This document shows positions 28,095 through 38,879 of a stretch of DNA of 64,000 nucleotides, in pieces. The position numbers and the translations under genes were made by a program. Every line of letters begins with the position of its first letter. Positions within the stretch are counted from its first letter, which is position 1. The notes below the pieces were generated by a model. It was not told where the DNA came from. It saw nothing but the letters and a program-made list of their open reading frames with translations, and did not search any database. Source of the stretch: Candidatus Heimdallarchaeum aukensis (GTDB lineage: Archaea; Asgardarchaeota; Heimdallarchaeia; Heimdallarchaeales; Heimdallarchaeaceae). Location of the stretch: assembly GCA_021513695.1 (NCBI GenBank), contig CP084166.1:1760001-1824000 (forward strand), in the 5' to 3' direction.

Positions 28095-30557
28095 CTAAAA
28101 TTCGAGATAAATGAATTGATTCTTATCTTCATCAAGAACAATCTTCTTGGAATTTTGGCCAAATGAAGAAGAATCGTTGATTAAAGTCTCAATTGAGTGC
28201 ATAGCTTTTAAATCAGCTGAAAAATCGTTTAATTCTTGAGGAATAAAAGCACGTTTAATGGGAGTCTTAAGAGACAATCCCAGATCCTTCTTTTGTTTCC
28301 AAATAGTAGAATTTAATTTCAATATCAACTCAGTACTTTCAGTAAACCTTGATTCACGAATTACATCATCTGGTTGAGGCATAGATTCTGTATGAACGGT
28401 TTTCTCATACAATTCTCTATAAATGAAGTCAGTAACAAAAGGTATTATCGGAGCAAAAGCTTTCAGTAAAATGTCTAAGACTTTATGAAGAGTATAATGA
28501 GCAGACTTCTGTTCCAGTTCTGTGAATTCATTATTTCGATTATAGGCCCGACCTTTTACAATTTCCAAGTAATTAGAAGCAAAAAGCTCCCAAGTAAATT
28601 TTCGTAAAGCTCGAGCAGGTTTGTGAAAATCAAATATTTCATAACCTTGTAAAGCATCCTCAATTGCCAAGCGCAATTCAGACAAAATCCATACATCTGT
28701 AGGAGTAAGAGAATTTTCATCCATATCCTCAGCAGATGGAAAACCGCTAACAAATTTAGCAATGTTGTAAAACTTATTGATAAACTTAGCAATACCTTGT
28801 AATTTCTGCTCACTAAAACGGATATCACTACCATGACTGGCTTCAGAAGCACCAAATAGGCGTAAAGCATCACCGCCGTATTTAGCAATCATCTTCTCAG
28901 GTTTAACAATGTTACCTTTAGATTTACTCATTTTCTCTCCTTTATTATCAACAACATGCCCAGATATCCAAGTCTCTTTGAAAGCAGGTTTGTTGTACAA
29001 CTGTAATGCACGAAGCATTGTATAATGAAGCCAAGTCCTAACTATGTCTTTACCTTGAGGACGCATATCACAGATATAAGGGCGAGAATTAAGTTTTTCA
29101 AATAATTCAAGATCTTTTTTATTATAAGGATACATTTGAATATAAATTTCAGAAATAGATGAATCCATCCAAGTATCAAAAGTCCGTGTATCACCGATAA
29201 AACCTTTAGATTCTCCACAGTGCTCACATTTATCAAAAGGAGGATCATCTTTCCAAGGTTGATAATAAGGACCAGGTTCAGGTAAACAAGGCTTTCCACA
29301 AGATTTACAATACCAAATAGGAATCTCGGTACCATAATATCTTCTTCTACTGATTGGCCAGTCAATAGAAACCCTATCTAACCAATCTAACCATATCTGC
29401 TTCATAAATTCAGGATAAAAAGTTAATTTGTCAGCATAAGAGCGTAAAGTGTCAATGTAGTCAGTTTGTTTAAGATAATATTCAGGCATAGCCAAAAATT
29501 CGACAGGATTATCGCAGCGAGAACAAATAGGAAAGTTATGAGGAACATCAGTTTCAGATTTAATGAAACCAAGCTCTCGAAGTTTATCAGCAATTTGTTT
29601 ACGAGCTTCTTTTACTTTCAAACCTTGAAATTCAGGAACATTTTCGTTAATTTTACCATCAGTATCAATGACAGTCCTAGGCTCTAGTTGAAATTCACGA
29701 AAAATCTGCACATCGCCAATATCACCATAAGCACAAACCATCAAAATACCAGTACCGAAATCCATTTTAGCATAATGATGAGAGCGAATAGGAACTTCAA
29801 CGTTGAAGTAAGGAGCAATAGCTGTTTTGCCCTCCAAATGCTTGTAACGCTCATCTTTAGGATTAAAAATGACTACACCAATAGCAGGAATTAATTCAGG
29901 ACGAGAAGTTGCGATAATTAATTCTTCACCAGTCTCTTTAACCTTAAAAGCAATATCATATAAAATATGAGTACCTGGTTTATAATCAATCTCATTATCA
30001 GCTATAGTAGTTTTACAACGAGTACAGTAGTTATTGGGACGATCATCTTCATAAACCAAACCTTCACGGAAAAGCTTGATAAAAGTGCTTTGAGTAAGAG
30101 CACGGTATTGAGGGTGATCAGTCTTGTAAATTTCATCCCACTCAAAAGAATAGTTACTAAAGCCGAGAAATTTACAAACATTTAAGATTTCATCGCCAAC
30201 ACGATCTAAGATAATACGACATTTATCAAGAAATTCCTCTCGAGGAATATCATGCATAGATATTTTAAACTCTTTTTCAGTTTGTACCTCAACAGGAAGA
30301 CCATTGCGATCTAAACACATAGGAAAAAGAACTTCATGACCAGTCATGCGTTTATAGCGAGCGATCATATCAATACCGCTATAATGAATAGCTCCACCCA
30401 TATGCCAAGGGGCGTTCGCATAAGGGGGAGGGGTGTCGACACTATAAATAGGCTTGCCAGAGTTCTTATTGAAGGCATAAGTTTTCTCTTTTTGCCATAA
30501 TTCAAAGATTAACTGCTCATCTTTTAATGGGTCATATCGTTTCTTTAATCGATTCAA
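28095..30557 (-). CDS. valS: class I aminoacyl-tRNA synthetase, most likely valyl-tRNA synthetase; HIGH motif reads HMGG
   Basis: PPPYANAPWHMGG is the HIGH region. KMSKSKGN is the KMSKS motif. The editing-domain blocks ATSRPE and GTGILMVCAYGD are present. At 820 aa it fits a compact archaeal ValRS. Confidence 0.6.
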   Translation of the reverse strand: MNRLKKRYDPLKDEQLIFELWQKEKTYAFNKNSGKPIYSVDTPPPYANAPWHMGGAIHYSGIDMIARYKRMTGHEVLFPMCLDRNGLPVEVQTEKEFKISMHDIPREEFLDKCRIILDRVGDEILNVCKFLGFSNYSFEWDEIYKTDHPQYRALTQSTFIKLFREGLVYEDDRPNNYCTRCKTTIADNEIDYKPGTHILYDIAFKVKETGEELIIATSRPELIPAIGVVIFNPKDERYKHLEGKTAIAPYFNVEVPIRSHHYAKMDFGTGILMVCAYGDIGDVQIFREFQLEPRTVIDTDGKINENVPEFQGLKVKEARKQIADKLRELGFIKSETDVPHNFPICSRCDNPVEFLAMPEYYLKQTDYIDTLRSYADKLTFYPEFMKQIWLDWLDRVSIDWPISRRRYYGTEIPIWYCKSCGKPCLPEPGPYYQPWKDDPPFDKCEHCGESKGFIGDTRTFDTWMDSSISEIYIQMYPYNKKDLELFEKLNSRPYICDMRPQGKDIVRTWLHYTMLRALQLYNKPAFKETWISGHVVDNKGEKMSKSKGNIVKPEKMIAKYGGDALRLFGASEASHGSDIRFSEQKLQGIAKFINKFYNIAKFVSGFPSAEDMDENSLTPTDVWILSELRLAIEDALQGYEIFDFHKPARALRKFTWELFASNYLEIVKGRAYNRNNEFTELEQKSAHYTLHKVLDILLKAFAPIIPFVTDFIYRELYEKTVHTESMPQPDDVIRESRFTESTELILKLNSTIWKQKKDLGLSLKTPIKRAFIPQELNDFSADLKAMHSIETLINDSSSFGQNSKKIVLDEDKNQFIYLEF

Positions 30558-30690
30558 TAATTGTCACCCTTTAACCTTTTGTAAAAGTGTTCTTTTTTAA
30601 ATTGAATGGTTAACAACATGTTCTAGAAAAAATTGGATAATGTAAACTAGAACAAACTTAATTTATTCTTTAAGAAAATATAAACGTAGA

Positions 30691-32541
30691 ATGAAAAAAG
30701 AAGAGAGATTAGAAATAGATATTTTTGAAAATTCAGAGAATGGAATAGGAATTGCAGACAAAGAAAATAAGTTCATATACGTAAACAAAGCAGTTTGTAA
30801 TCTTTTTTCATATACTAAAGAAGAGTTTCTGGAAGGAAAAATAAAAGTAAGCGATCTATTTCCAAAAATATATCTAAAAAACCCAGCAGAGAAAGAGTTT
30901 GTCCCATTAACAGAATATGAGATGCTAACTAAAAATGGAGAATTTATTAATATAGCGGTAAGTATTTCAAAAATAGCTAATTCAGAACTAAAGTTACTTA
31001 TATTTCAAGATATGAGCATAATAAATGAAGCAAAAAGATTAGGTCTTTTAGAAATAATAAATTATGCAAAAAAGAATATTGGTATAATACATTATGCATT
31101 TGAGAAAACAGGCCCAGAGTTAATAGCAGGGGTAGATACAGAAAACTACTCTGAAGAGGTCATTAGAGCGCTGCAATCAATGGGATTGTATTATATGACA
31201 GCAATACAGAACAAGAAAGGATTATTTGGACCATTACCCTTACCAGTAAAAGAAGAAGATTACTTAGCAATAGTCTATAGCTATGAAATAGAAGCAAAAG
31301 AAGAAGAAATAGATAAAAGATTAAAGCAAAGAAAGCCATGTTTAATTACAATAGTTTTCCCAAGAGTTATAGAATCGCTATTATCAAACAGGAGATATAT
31401 AAGAGAAACAATATCAGAAGTAATAACAGCAAATCACCATAGCACAATGGATATACAAAGTATAAAAAATACCTTAAGTAAAATAAAAACAAATCTTTTT
31501 AAAAATATAGAAAAACAAAAAGAAGAAAATACATTTGAAAGAAAGGTAGTACAAATAAATCAATTCATAACCAGTTTTTCAGATGTAAAGATTAATGAGC
31601 AATTATATTCAAGAATATTGAAAATGGCTAAAAAAATATGCGATTTTAAAAGAATATCAATATTATTAATGGATTATCAAGTAAATGGGCTAAGGGTGGT
31701 AGAAGCAAGTGGATATGAAGAGAATATTATAGATATGATAATAGATATAGACGCAAAGTCAATCGTAGCTAGAGCAGCTAGAACAAGGCAAACACAAAAC
31801 ATTCAGAACGTTCAGAAAGACAAGGACTATATAATGGTTGATCCAAGCGTGTTATCAGAATTAGCAGTACCAGTAATATCACCAGTTAATGATAAAACAG
31901 TAGGAGTAATAAACATTGAAAGCGAAATGGAAAAAGCTTTCAACCAAGAAGACGTGATATTGTTCGAGATGTTGGCAGAAAAAATAGCACTAGTATTGGC
32001 AATAGAAGAAACAGAAACAAAATATCTATCGCTACTGAATGTGCTAAGCTTTATAGTAGAAACTGAAGAATTAAATTATAAAGAGTTAATTGGGAGGATA
32101 GGAGAATTTCTAAAGAAAGCTCTTGGAATAAAGTGTGCAGCCCTTTTTATGACAGAGAAAGAAAACAAAAAAATTCTAAGAATGGAAGCAATAACAGGAT
32201 ATGAAAAAATACCAGAAAAACTAAAAGAAGTAAGCCTAGAAGACGAAAAAGCAGTAGTAGCAAAGTGCGCTAGAGAAAAAAAGGCATTAAACATAGGAAA
32301 CGTGAAAGAAATAGATTATTACTTAGGCATAAACGAGAAAATAAAAAGTGAGATAGCAATACCAATAATACACAAAGGAGAACTGCTAGGAGTACTAAAC
32401 GCAAAAAGTGAAAGAGAAAATGCATTTTCAAAAACAGAGGAAAAATTGTTCCTTATTATAGGAGAATTAATAAGTTTTGCAAAATTAATAACGGACTTAA
32501 GAGAAAAAAATAAAAAGAATAGAAATGAAGAAAAAGTTTAA
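30691..32541 (+). CDS. PAS + tandem GAF domain sensor protein without recognisable output domain
   Basis: An N-terminal PAS fold (GIGIADKENKFIYVNKAVCNLFSYTKEEF) is followed by two GAF-like regions and a Lys-rich C-terminus. Confidence 0.55.
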   Translation: MKKEERLEIDIFENSENGIGIADKENKFIYVNKAVCNLFSYTKEEFLEGKIKVSDLFPKIYLKNPAEKEFVPLTEYEMLTKNGEFINIAVSISKIANSELKLLIFQDMSIINEAKRLGLLEIINYAKKNIGIIHYAFEKTGPELIAGVDTENYSEEVIRALQSMGLYYMTAIQNKKGLFGPLPLPVKEEDYLAIVYSYEIEAKEEEIDKRLKQRKPCLITIVFPRVIESLLSNRRYIRETISEVITANHHSTMDIQSIKNTLSKIKTNLFKNIEKQKEENTFERKVVQINQFITSFSDVKINEQLYSRILKMAKKICDFKRISILLMDYQVNGLRVVEASGYEENIIDMIIDIDAKSIVARAARTRQTQNIQNVQKDKDYIMVDPSVLSELAVPVISPVNDKTVGVINIESEMEKAFNQEDVILFEMLAEKIALVLAIEETETKYLSLLNVLSFIVETEELNYKELIGRIGEFLKKALGIKCAALFMTEKENKKILRMEAITGYEKIPEKLKEVSLEDEKAVVAKCAREKKALNIGNVKEIDYYLGINEKIKSEIAIPIIHKGELLGVLNAKSERENAFSKTEEKLFLIIGELISFAKLITDLREKNKKNRNEEKV

Positions 32542-32626
32542 AAAGAAAGCAAATAAGGAAAAAGTGGATAGGCCGAGAAAAACAAAAAAACAAATTTGTT
32601 AGTTAGAAGGCCTGAAAACATAGTTG

Positions 32627-32740
32627 GGAGCTATAGCTCAGCGGTCAGAGCGCACGGCTGATAAAGCAAAAAACCAGAAATGGTTTAAAATGCATTTAGA
32701 AACCGTGAGGTCCCCAGTTCGATCCTGGGTAGCTCCACCA
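32627..32740 (+). tRNA. tRNA-Ile(GAT) with 38-nt anticodon-loop intron (32664..32701); CCA encoded
   Basis: Folded by hand. Acceptor GGAGCTA pairs with TAGCTCC. D-arm is GCTC/GAGC, anticodon stem CACGG/CCGTG, loop CUGAUA|A. T-arm is CCCAG-TTCGATC-CTGGG. Confidence 0.65.
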
Positions 32741-32882
32741 TTTTTAAAAAATTCGTTAGTTTTATGGGAGCGAAACTGCATTTTTCTATTTTTCATTTGT
32801 TTAAATAGTCAAAACTTTTCGATTTATATAATTACTAGTAATTAGTTAACTTCTTTAACTGACGGTAATAATGTGATTGTAA

Positions 32883-35330
32883 ATGAGTACTGATAAGTTT
32901 ATTAATCATCCTCTTCTTAAGCCTAACAAAGTTGAGCGTAGACTTTACCAGGAGACTATTTTTGCTTCTTGTTCCCGTGAGAATTCTTTAGTTATTCTTC
33001 CTACTGGTTTAGGTAAAACTATTATTTTTATTTTGCTTGTTGTTCATCGTCTTCAATTATTTCCTGATGGTAAAGTTATTCTTTGTGCTCCTACTAAACC
33101 TCTTTTGGACCAACATGAGCGTACTCTTAAGGATCTTCTAAATATTCCAGAGGATTCTATTATTCAATTATCTGGTCAGATTGACCCTGACAAACGTTCT
33201 TCTCTTTGGGATTCAGGTAAAATTTTTGTTTGTACTCCTCAAACTCTTCAAAATGATATTGTTCAAAAGCGTGTTTCTTTATCTGAAGTTGTTTTTCTTG
33301 GTATTGATGAGGCTCATAAAGCTGTTGGCGATCACAGTTATGTTTTTGTTGTTGACCAGTACATGAAACTTTCTCGTAATCCCTTAGTCTTGGGTATTAC
33401 TGCTAGTCCTGGAGCTGACCTCGACAAGATTCAACAGATTAAGGATAATCTTAAAGTTTCCAATATTGAGATTCGTGATGATTCTTCTCGTGATGTTAAG
33501 CCTTATATTCATTCTATTGACGAAGTTTGGGAAAGAGTTCAATTACCTTCTGAGTTTGCTTTTATTTTGAAAACTTTAAATGGTATGTTTAAATCTATTT
33601 TAATTGAGTTAAAAGAACTTGGTATTATTAGTTCTTCTAATCCTTCTGATTATCCTCGCCGAAAATTGTTAGGATTAAAGGAGATCATCAATCAGAAGTA
33701 TAGCAATCAGGTTGACAGTTCTTCTCGCTCTGAATACTTTAAGGCTATGGGGCTAGCAGGTAATTCTATCCGTTTATCTCATGCTATAGAATTAATTGAG
33801 ACTCAAGGCGTTCCTTCTTTATCTAAGTATTTTGAGTCTCAGATTAATGATCTTCGTATGGGGAAAGGTAGTCAAACTCTTCGTAACTTAATTTTTTCTG
33901 ATGAGATTCAACGAGTCTTAAAAGCTTTACATAAGCTTGAAGAAGATAATATTATTCATCCTAAGATTTCAAAGTTAAAAGAATTAGTTGAAACTGAAGT
34001 TCGTTTCAATCCTGATAATAGAATTCTTGTTTTTGCTCATTATCGTGTTACAGCTAAGGTTATTGCCAAAGAATTGGAGAAGATTGATGGAGTTAGAGTT
34101 CATTGGTTTGTTGGTCAATCTTCTGTCCGAGACAAAGGTCTTTCTCAGAAGGAACAGATCGAGATTATGCAAGCTTTTCGTCGTGGAGATTATAATGTTC
34201 TTGTTTCCACCAGTGTTGCCGAGGAAGGTCTTGACATTGGTGAATGTGAGCTCGTTATCTTTTATGACTCTGTACCTAGTGCCATTAGATTGATTCAAAG
34301 AAAGGGTCGAACAGGCAGAAGGAAAAAAGGTAAAGTTATTTTGCTTATTGCTGAAGGAACAAGAGATGAGGGCTATTTTTGGGCTTCCAAGCGTCAGCTT
34401 AAAAAGATGAAGGGTATTGTTAATGAATTACAGAATAACAAACAATCTGATAAACAAAGAGATTTAACTGAATTCTTTGCTGATTCAGTTAGCGATACTG
34501 AACCTACTGTTTCTTCAGAGTCAAAAATCCATAAGGATTTGAATAAAGAAGTTGAAAGCACCAAACCTAAATCTGTAGTAGATGTTCCTAAAGGTGACCA
34601 GGTTTCAATCATCGTTGATTCTAGGGAAAAGAATTCAACTATTGTTAAGCATTTAATTAATAAAGGTGTCAGTATTTCCTTTTCTAAACTTGATTTTGGT
34701 GATTATGTTTGTTCTGACCACGTAATAATTGAGAGGAAGGAAAAATCCGATTTTATTAATTCTATTATGGACAAGAGATTATTCAGTCAAGTTAAACAGC
34801 TTGTTGAAGTTTGTTCTAATCCCATTATTATTCTTGAAGGCGATTTTAGCATTTTCAAGACTTCTCTTCATCCTCATGCTACTGCAGGAGCAATAGCTTC
34901 AATTGCTACTGATTTCAAGATTCCTATTATTTATACTAATAACCAAGAAGAGACTGCAGAGATTCTTTATGCTATTGCTAAGAGAGAACAAATAGAAAGG
35001 AAAAGGTCAATTTCTATCAACATGAAGAAAGGTATTGGCTTGAAACATCAATTAGAACAAACTTTAACCACCTTTCCTAACGTCGACTATAGGATAGCCA
35101 AAAGAATCTTAAAGAAGTTTGGAAGTTTGAAACAAGTTGTTAATGCTAAAAGAGAAGAATTTATTGAGGTTCAAGGTATTGGAGAAAAGATTGCTGACGA
35201 GTTAATTGAATATATTTATAGCGATTATAATGAAATAGAAACGGGAGAGGGTATTGGAGAAACTATTGAAAACATTGAGTGGCTGAAAAAAGAACTTGAG
35301 AAGAAAAAAAAGAGTAAAGGTGCCAAATAG
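32883..35330 (+). CDS. hef: Hef-type helicase-nuclease (DEAH helicase + ERCC4/XPF nuclease + HhH2)
   Basis: Helicase motif I LPTGLGKT and motif II GIDEAHKAV are present, with the HRDC-like helicase C-domain. The C-terminal ERCC4 domain has GDY and ERK (VCSDHVIIERKEKSDF) and tandem HhH. Confidence 0.8.
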   Translation: MSTDKFINHPLLKPNKVERRLYQETIFASCSRENSLVILPTGLGKTIIFILLVVHRLQLFPDGKVILCAPTKPLLDQHERTLKDLLNIPEDSIIQLSGQIDPDKRSSLWDSGKIFVCTPQTLQNDIVQKRVSLSEVVFLGIDEAHKAVGDHSYVFVVDQYMKLSRNPLVLGITASPGADLDKIQQIKDNLKVSNIEIRDDSSRDVKPYIHSIDEVWERVQLPSEFAFILKTLNGMFKSILIELKELGIISSSNPSDYPRRKLLGLKEIINQKYSNQVDSSSRSEYFKAMGLAGNSIRLSHAIELIETQGVPSLSKYFESQINDLRMGKGSQTLRNLIFSDEIQRVLKALHKLEEDNIIHPKISKLKELVETEVRFNPDNRILVFAHYRVTAKVIAKELEKIDGVRVHWFVGQSSVRDKGLSQKEQIEIMQAFRRGDYNVLVSTSVAEEGLDIGECELVIFYDSVPSAIRLIQRKGRTGRRKKGKVILLIAEGTRDEGYFWASKRQLKKMKGIVNELQNNKQSDKQRDLTEFFADSVSDTEPTVSSESKIHKDLNKEVESTKPKSVVDVPKGDQVSIIVDSREKNSTIVKHLINKGVSISFSKLDFGDYVCSDHVIIERKEKSDFINSIMDKRLFSQVKQLVEVCSNPIIILEGDFSIFKTSLHPHATAGAIASIATDFKIPIIYTNNQEETAEILYAIAKREQIERKRSISINMKKGIGLKHQLEQTLTTFPNVDYRIAKRILKKFGSLKQVVNAKREEFIEVQGIGEKIADELIEYIYSDYNEIETGEGIGETIENIEWLKKELEKKKKSKGAK

Positions 35331-35354
35331 TTTATTTTAGCCTTCAACTCTATA

Positions 35355-36038
35355 TTATTCTACAATTGTCCCTACTTGCTCATTATTTAGTACTTTGAGG
35401 ATATTTTCAGGGTTTCTTCCGTTCACGAATGCTATTTTTTTCTTTGAACGTTTTAATATTTCACACCCTACTTTGTCAAAAAGGGCATAGTTTCCTGGTT
35501 CTTCTTCTTGTTTTATAATTATTGAATAGAATTCATCCATTGTGAGCTTATCAAATGCTTTCGCGTCTGAATATTTATCTGGATCTTTGTCATATACTTT
35601 TTCCACATCACTTAAATTTATTACAATATCTGCTTCCCACAGTTCTGCTAATAGAGCTGATACAGCATTTGTTGATTGTCCAGGTTGTAAACCCCCCGAA
35701 ACAACTATTTTATTTGTCGACAATGCCTTTAATGCTTCATCAAATGATCTTGGGACTGCCCCATATGCATGATTTTTTAGCGCAGATATAAATAGCAGTG
35801 CATGCATTCGCGAAGCTTCTACTCCCAGTAAATCTTGATAGGTGAAATTTCCTCCTATTTTTCTGCTTACTTTAATTATCTTTCTTGCTAGTTTACCTCC
35901 TCCAACAACGATCAATATTTGATAACCCTTATCTATTAACTTGTTAATAACTTCAAGATAATTCTCTATTAGTTCAGTGTTCAATTCACCATCTTGATTA
36001 TAAAGTAAAGACCCACCTATTTTCAAAACTACTTTCAT
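35355..36038 (-). CDS. pyrH: uridylate kinase, archaeal type (amino-acid kinase fold)
   Basis: KIGGSLL...VVGGGKLARKII. At 227 aa it is closer to archaeal UMP kinase than to isopentenyl phosphate kinase. Confidence 0.6.
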   Translation of the reverse strand: MKVVLKIGGSLLYNQDGELNTELIENYLEVINKLIDKGYQILIVVGGGKLARKIIKVSRKIGGNFTYQDLLGVEASRMHALLFISALKNHAYGAVPRSFDEALKALSTNKIVVSGGLQPGQSTNAVSALLAELWEADIVINLSDVEKVYDKDPDKYSDAKAFDKLTMDEFYSIIIKQEEEPGNYALFDKVGCEILKRSKKKIAFVNGRNPENILKVLNNEQVGTIVE

Positions 36039-36156
36039 TTTTTCTTCAATTTAGCTAATATGGCTCTCTAAATAAGTTTTTGCCAATGAAACTATAAAGA
36101 ATAACAAAAAGTAAATCTTATATTAAGTTATCATTCAATCGCTTGAGGAAAGAAAT

Positions 36157-37470
36157 ATGGATTTTAAAAATCGTACACAAATAGCAAATATTTTTACTAG
36201 TGATCCAGAGACTGTTACTATTGCAGGTTGGGTTCAACAGGTAAGGAATTTAGGGGGATTAAAATTTATTCAATTACAAGATCGCTCTGGTCTTGTTCAG
36301 ATAGTTCTCCCAAAAAAGAAAGTTTCACCTGAAATTTTCACTATAGACTATCAAGAAGGCGATATTCTTTTAGTTCAAGGTAAAGTTGTCACCAACAATT
36401 CTGCTCCTAAAGGGAAAGAAATCCTTCCCTCAACCATTGACATTGTAAATAAGCGACAGCAAGAGTATCCTATTGCTATTGACGACAAAATTAACACCAA
36501 TATTGATAAAAGATTAGATTATAGGTATTTAGACTTAAGAAATAGAAGTGTAGCTCAAATATTTGAAATTGAGAGTGCTGTAGCTTATGCATTCCAAGAA
36601 TTCTTTCATAAAAACAATTTCCTACAGTTTTTCTCAAGTAAAATTGTAGGTTCTGCAACAGAAAGTGGAGCTAATGTATTTGAGATAGGATATTTTGGAA
36701 GAAAAGCTTACTTAGCTCAATCACCCCAATTTTATAAACAGATGATGCTTGTTTCTGGCTTTGAGAAAGTTTTCGAAATCGGTCCCGTTTTCCGTGCAGA
36801 AAAACATCATACCTCCCGTCATTTGTGTGAATATACTTCAATTGACTTTGAAATTGCATATATTTCTGATCAAAAAGATGTAATGAAAGTTTTACAAGAA
36901 GCCATTATGTATACTTTAGATAAAGTTAGAAAAGAAAAAGCTGATTCTTTAGAAGAATTAGGCGTTATTATAGAAAAACAACCAAAACAGTGGCCAATAC
37001 TTTCTCACCAAGAAATTCATGAGATATTAGAAAATGAAGGAAAGGAATTGGGAGAATACGAAGATTTGGATGCCGAAGCAGAAAAGATTCTCGGAGAATA
37101 TGTAAAAGAAAAATATAACTCAGATTTTGTTTTTGCCGATGAATATCCCTGGGAAGTTAGGCCCTTTTACACAATGAAAAAAGAAGATAATGATAATCTA
37201 ACAAAATCATTTGACCTACTCTATAAAGGACAAGAACTAACTACTGGAGGACAAAGAGAGCATAGAGCAGATATTTTAGAAAAACAAGCAGAAGAAAAAG
37301 GATTCAAGAAAGAAGAGGTTGCAAGCTATATACAATTCTTCAGAAATGGAACACCACCTCATGGAGGATCTGGAACAGGAATTGAGCGCTTTGTTCAAAA
37401 ATTACTTAATTTACCAAATATCCGAGAAGCAAGATTACTTCCAAGAGATCCAACAAGGGTTCACCCTTAA
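36157..37470 (+). CDS. aspS: aspartyl-tRNA synthetase, archaeal/eukaryotic type
   Basis: An N-terminal OB fold, class II motif 2 FRAEKHHTSRHLCEYTSIDFE, and motif 3 GGSGTGIERFV...RLLPRDPTRV. Confidence 0.85.
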   Translation: MDFKNRTQIANIFTSDPETVTIAGWVQQVRNLGGLKFIQLQDRSGLVQIVLPKKKVSPEIFTIDYQEGDILLVQGKVVTNNSAPKGKEILPSTIDIVNKRQQEYPIAIDDKINTNIDKRLDYRYLDLRNRSVAQIFEIESAVAYAFQEFFHKNNFLQFFSSKIVGSATESGANVFEIGYFGRKAYLAQSPQFYKQMMLVSGFEKVFEIGPVFRAEKHHTSRHLCEYTSIDFEIAYISDQKDVMKVLQEAIMYTLDKVRKEKADSLEELGVIIEKQPKQWPILSHQEIHEILENEGKELGEYEDLDAEAEKILGEYVKEKYNSDFVFADEYPWEVRPFYTMKKEDNDNLTKSFDLLYKGQELTTGGQREHRADILEKQAEEKGFKKEEVASYIQFFRNGTPPHGGSGTGIERFVQKLLNLPNIREARLLPRDPTRVHP

Positions 37471-37493
37471 TTTTCTTGTATTTTAAAAAAAAA

Positions 37494-38879
37494 TTATTGG
37501 AAACTTTCTATTGTTTCCTTTATAGTTTTTTTACCTTCTTTCAACAGTTTTTCGGCTTCATCCATTGTATTCGCTTCAACAAAGATTCTAAAGATAGGTT
37601 CTGTTCCAGAAGGGCGGATCAACATCCATCCATTATCATAAATTGCCTTTAGTCCATCAATGGTGATTAATTCTGTGTAACCTTTAACCCTCGAACTAAT
37701 AGCATCTAACACGTTACTTTTTAGATTATTGGGACATTCTACTTTATCCTTTAATTGAGCATATTGCGGGAGTTCATTCATTAATTCACTTAGTGTAGAA
37801 GATGAAATTGATAAGATATTTGCCATTAGAGCGCCAGCCATTGCTCCATCCCTTACTGGAACATGAGGAGAATAAAAAAGCCCACCATTTTCTTCTCCAC
37901 CTAGGATTGCATTAAGCTTTTGCATCGTTCTTGAAACGTAAATACACCCAACTTTTGTCCACTCAACTTTCCCTCCTATTTCTTCCGCAATATCTGTTAC
38001 CACGGAAGATGAACTAACAGGAGTCACAAAAAGTTTGTTTTGTTCATTTTGTAAAATCATTTTCTCAAAAATGGCTATAGATCTATCTCCCCAATAAACA
38101 ACACCTCGTTCATCACCAAATATTGCTCGATCAGCATCTCCATCATGAGCAATAGAGAAATCAGCATTAACACTTTTTGCTGTTTTTGCCATCTCAGTAA
38201 GTAATTGCGGTGAAGGTTCAGAACCTCTCCCGGGAAAATGTCCATCAAGAGTAGTATTTATGGAAAAAACTTTCATTCCTAATTCTTTAAATAAATAAGG
38301 AGTTACTAAACTTCCTACACCATTTCCACCATCAACAACAACTTTCATCTTTTTCTTTGATATCTTATCAACATCAACAAAACTAATTATTTGATCAATA
38401 TATTCATCTATCATATTAATTTCAGTAACCTCACCCAACTTTGTCCAGTCGCTAGAATAAAAATCACCCTCCTCTAGTTTTTTTTCTACTTTTATTTGAT
38501 CTTCGACACTTAATTCAACACCATCATTAGAAATAACTTTTAATCCATTAAACTGGGGAGGATTGTGACTCGCTGTAATCATTATACCAAGTTTAGATCT
38601 TAATTTTCTTACAGCAAATTGTGTTAAAGGAGTTGGAACTAATCCCAAATCTATTACATCAACTCCACTAGACAATAATGTAGAAATAACCGCATATTTG
38701 ATGAAAGGGCTACTAGTTCTTGCATCAGAACCTACAACTACAACTCCTTTATTTTCAATAAAAGATGAAATTGCAGATGTGAGTTTATTTACGAAAGAAT
38801 TTGTTATGAGTTCACCTACTATCCCTCGAACTCCATTAGTACCAAAATATTTACGCTCCGTCATTTCTAATTTTAACAC
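37494..38879 (-). CDS. glmM: phosphoglucosamine/phosphohexose mutase (alpha-D-phosphohexomutase family)
   Basis: Active-site TASHNPPQFNG, metal-binding DGDADR and sugar-binding GGEENGG are present. Confidence 0.75.
   Translation of the reverse strand: MLKLEMTERKYFGTNGVRGIVGELITNSFVNKLTSAISSFIENKGVVVVGSDARTSSPFIKYAVISTLLSSGVDVIDLGLVPTPLTQFAVRKLRSKLGIMITASHNPPQFNGLKVISNDGVELSVEDQIKVEKKLEEGDFYSSDWTKLGEVTEINMIDEYIDQIISFVDVDKISKKKMKVVVDGGNGVGSLVTPYLFKELGMKVFSINTTLDGHFPGRGSEPSPQLLTEMAKTAKSVNADFSIAHDGDADRAIFGDERGVVYWGDRSIAIFEKMILQNEQNKLFVTPVSSSSVVTDIAEEIGGKVEWTKVGCIYVSRTMQKLNAILGGEENGGLFYSPHVPVRDGAMAGALMANILSISSSTLSELMNELPQYAQLKDKVECPNNLKSNVLDAISSRVKGYTELITIDGLKAIYDNGWMLIRPSGTEPIFRIFVEANTMDEAEKLLKEGKKTIKETIESFQ

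Noticed and set aside
28556-29365. 107-110-aa minus-strand ORFs within valS
   Set aside because: They are out of frame with the synthetase, Leu/Ile-rich and AT-biased, so they are artefacts.
32624-32845. 73-aa ORF overlapping tRNA-Ile
   Set aside because: It covers the tRNA exon/intron region. The tRNA fold is far better supported.
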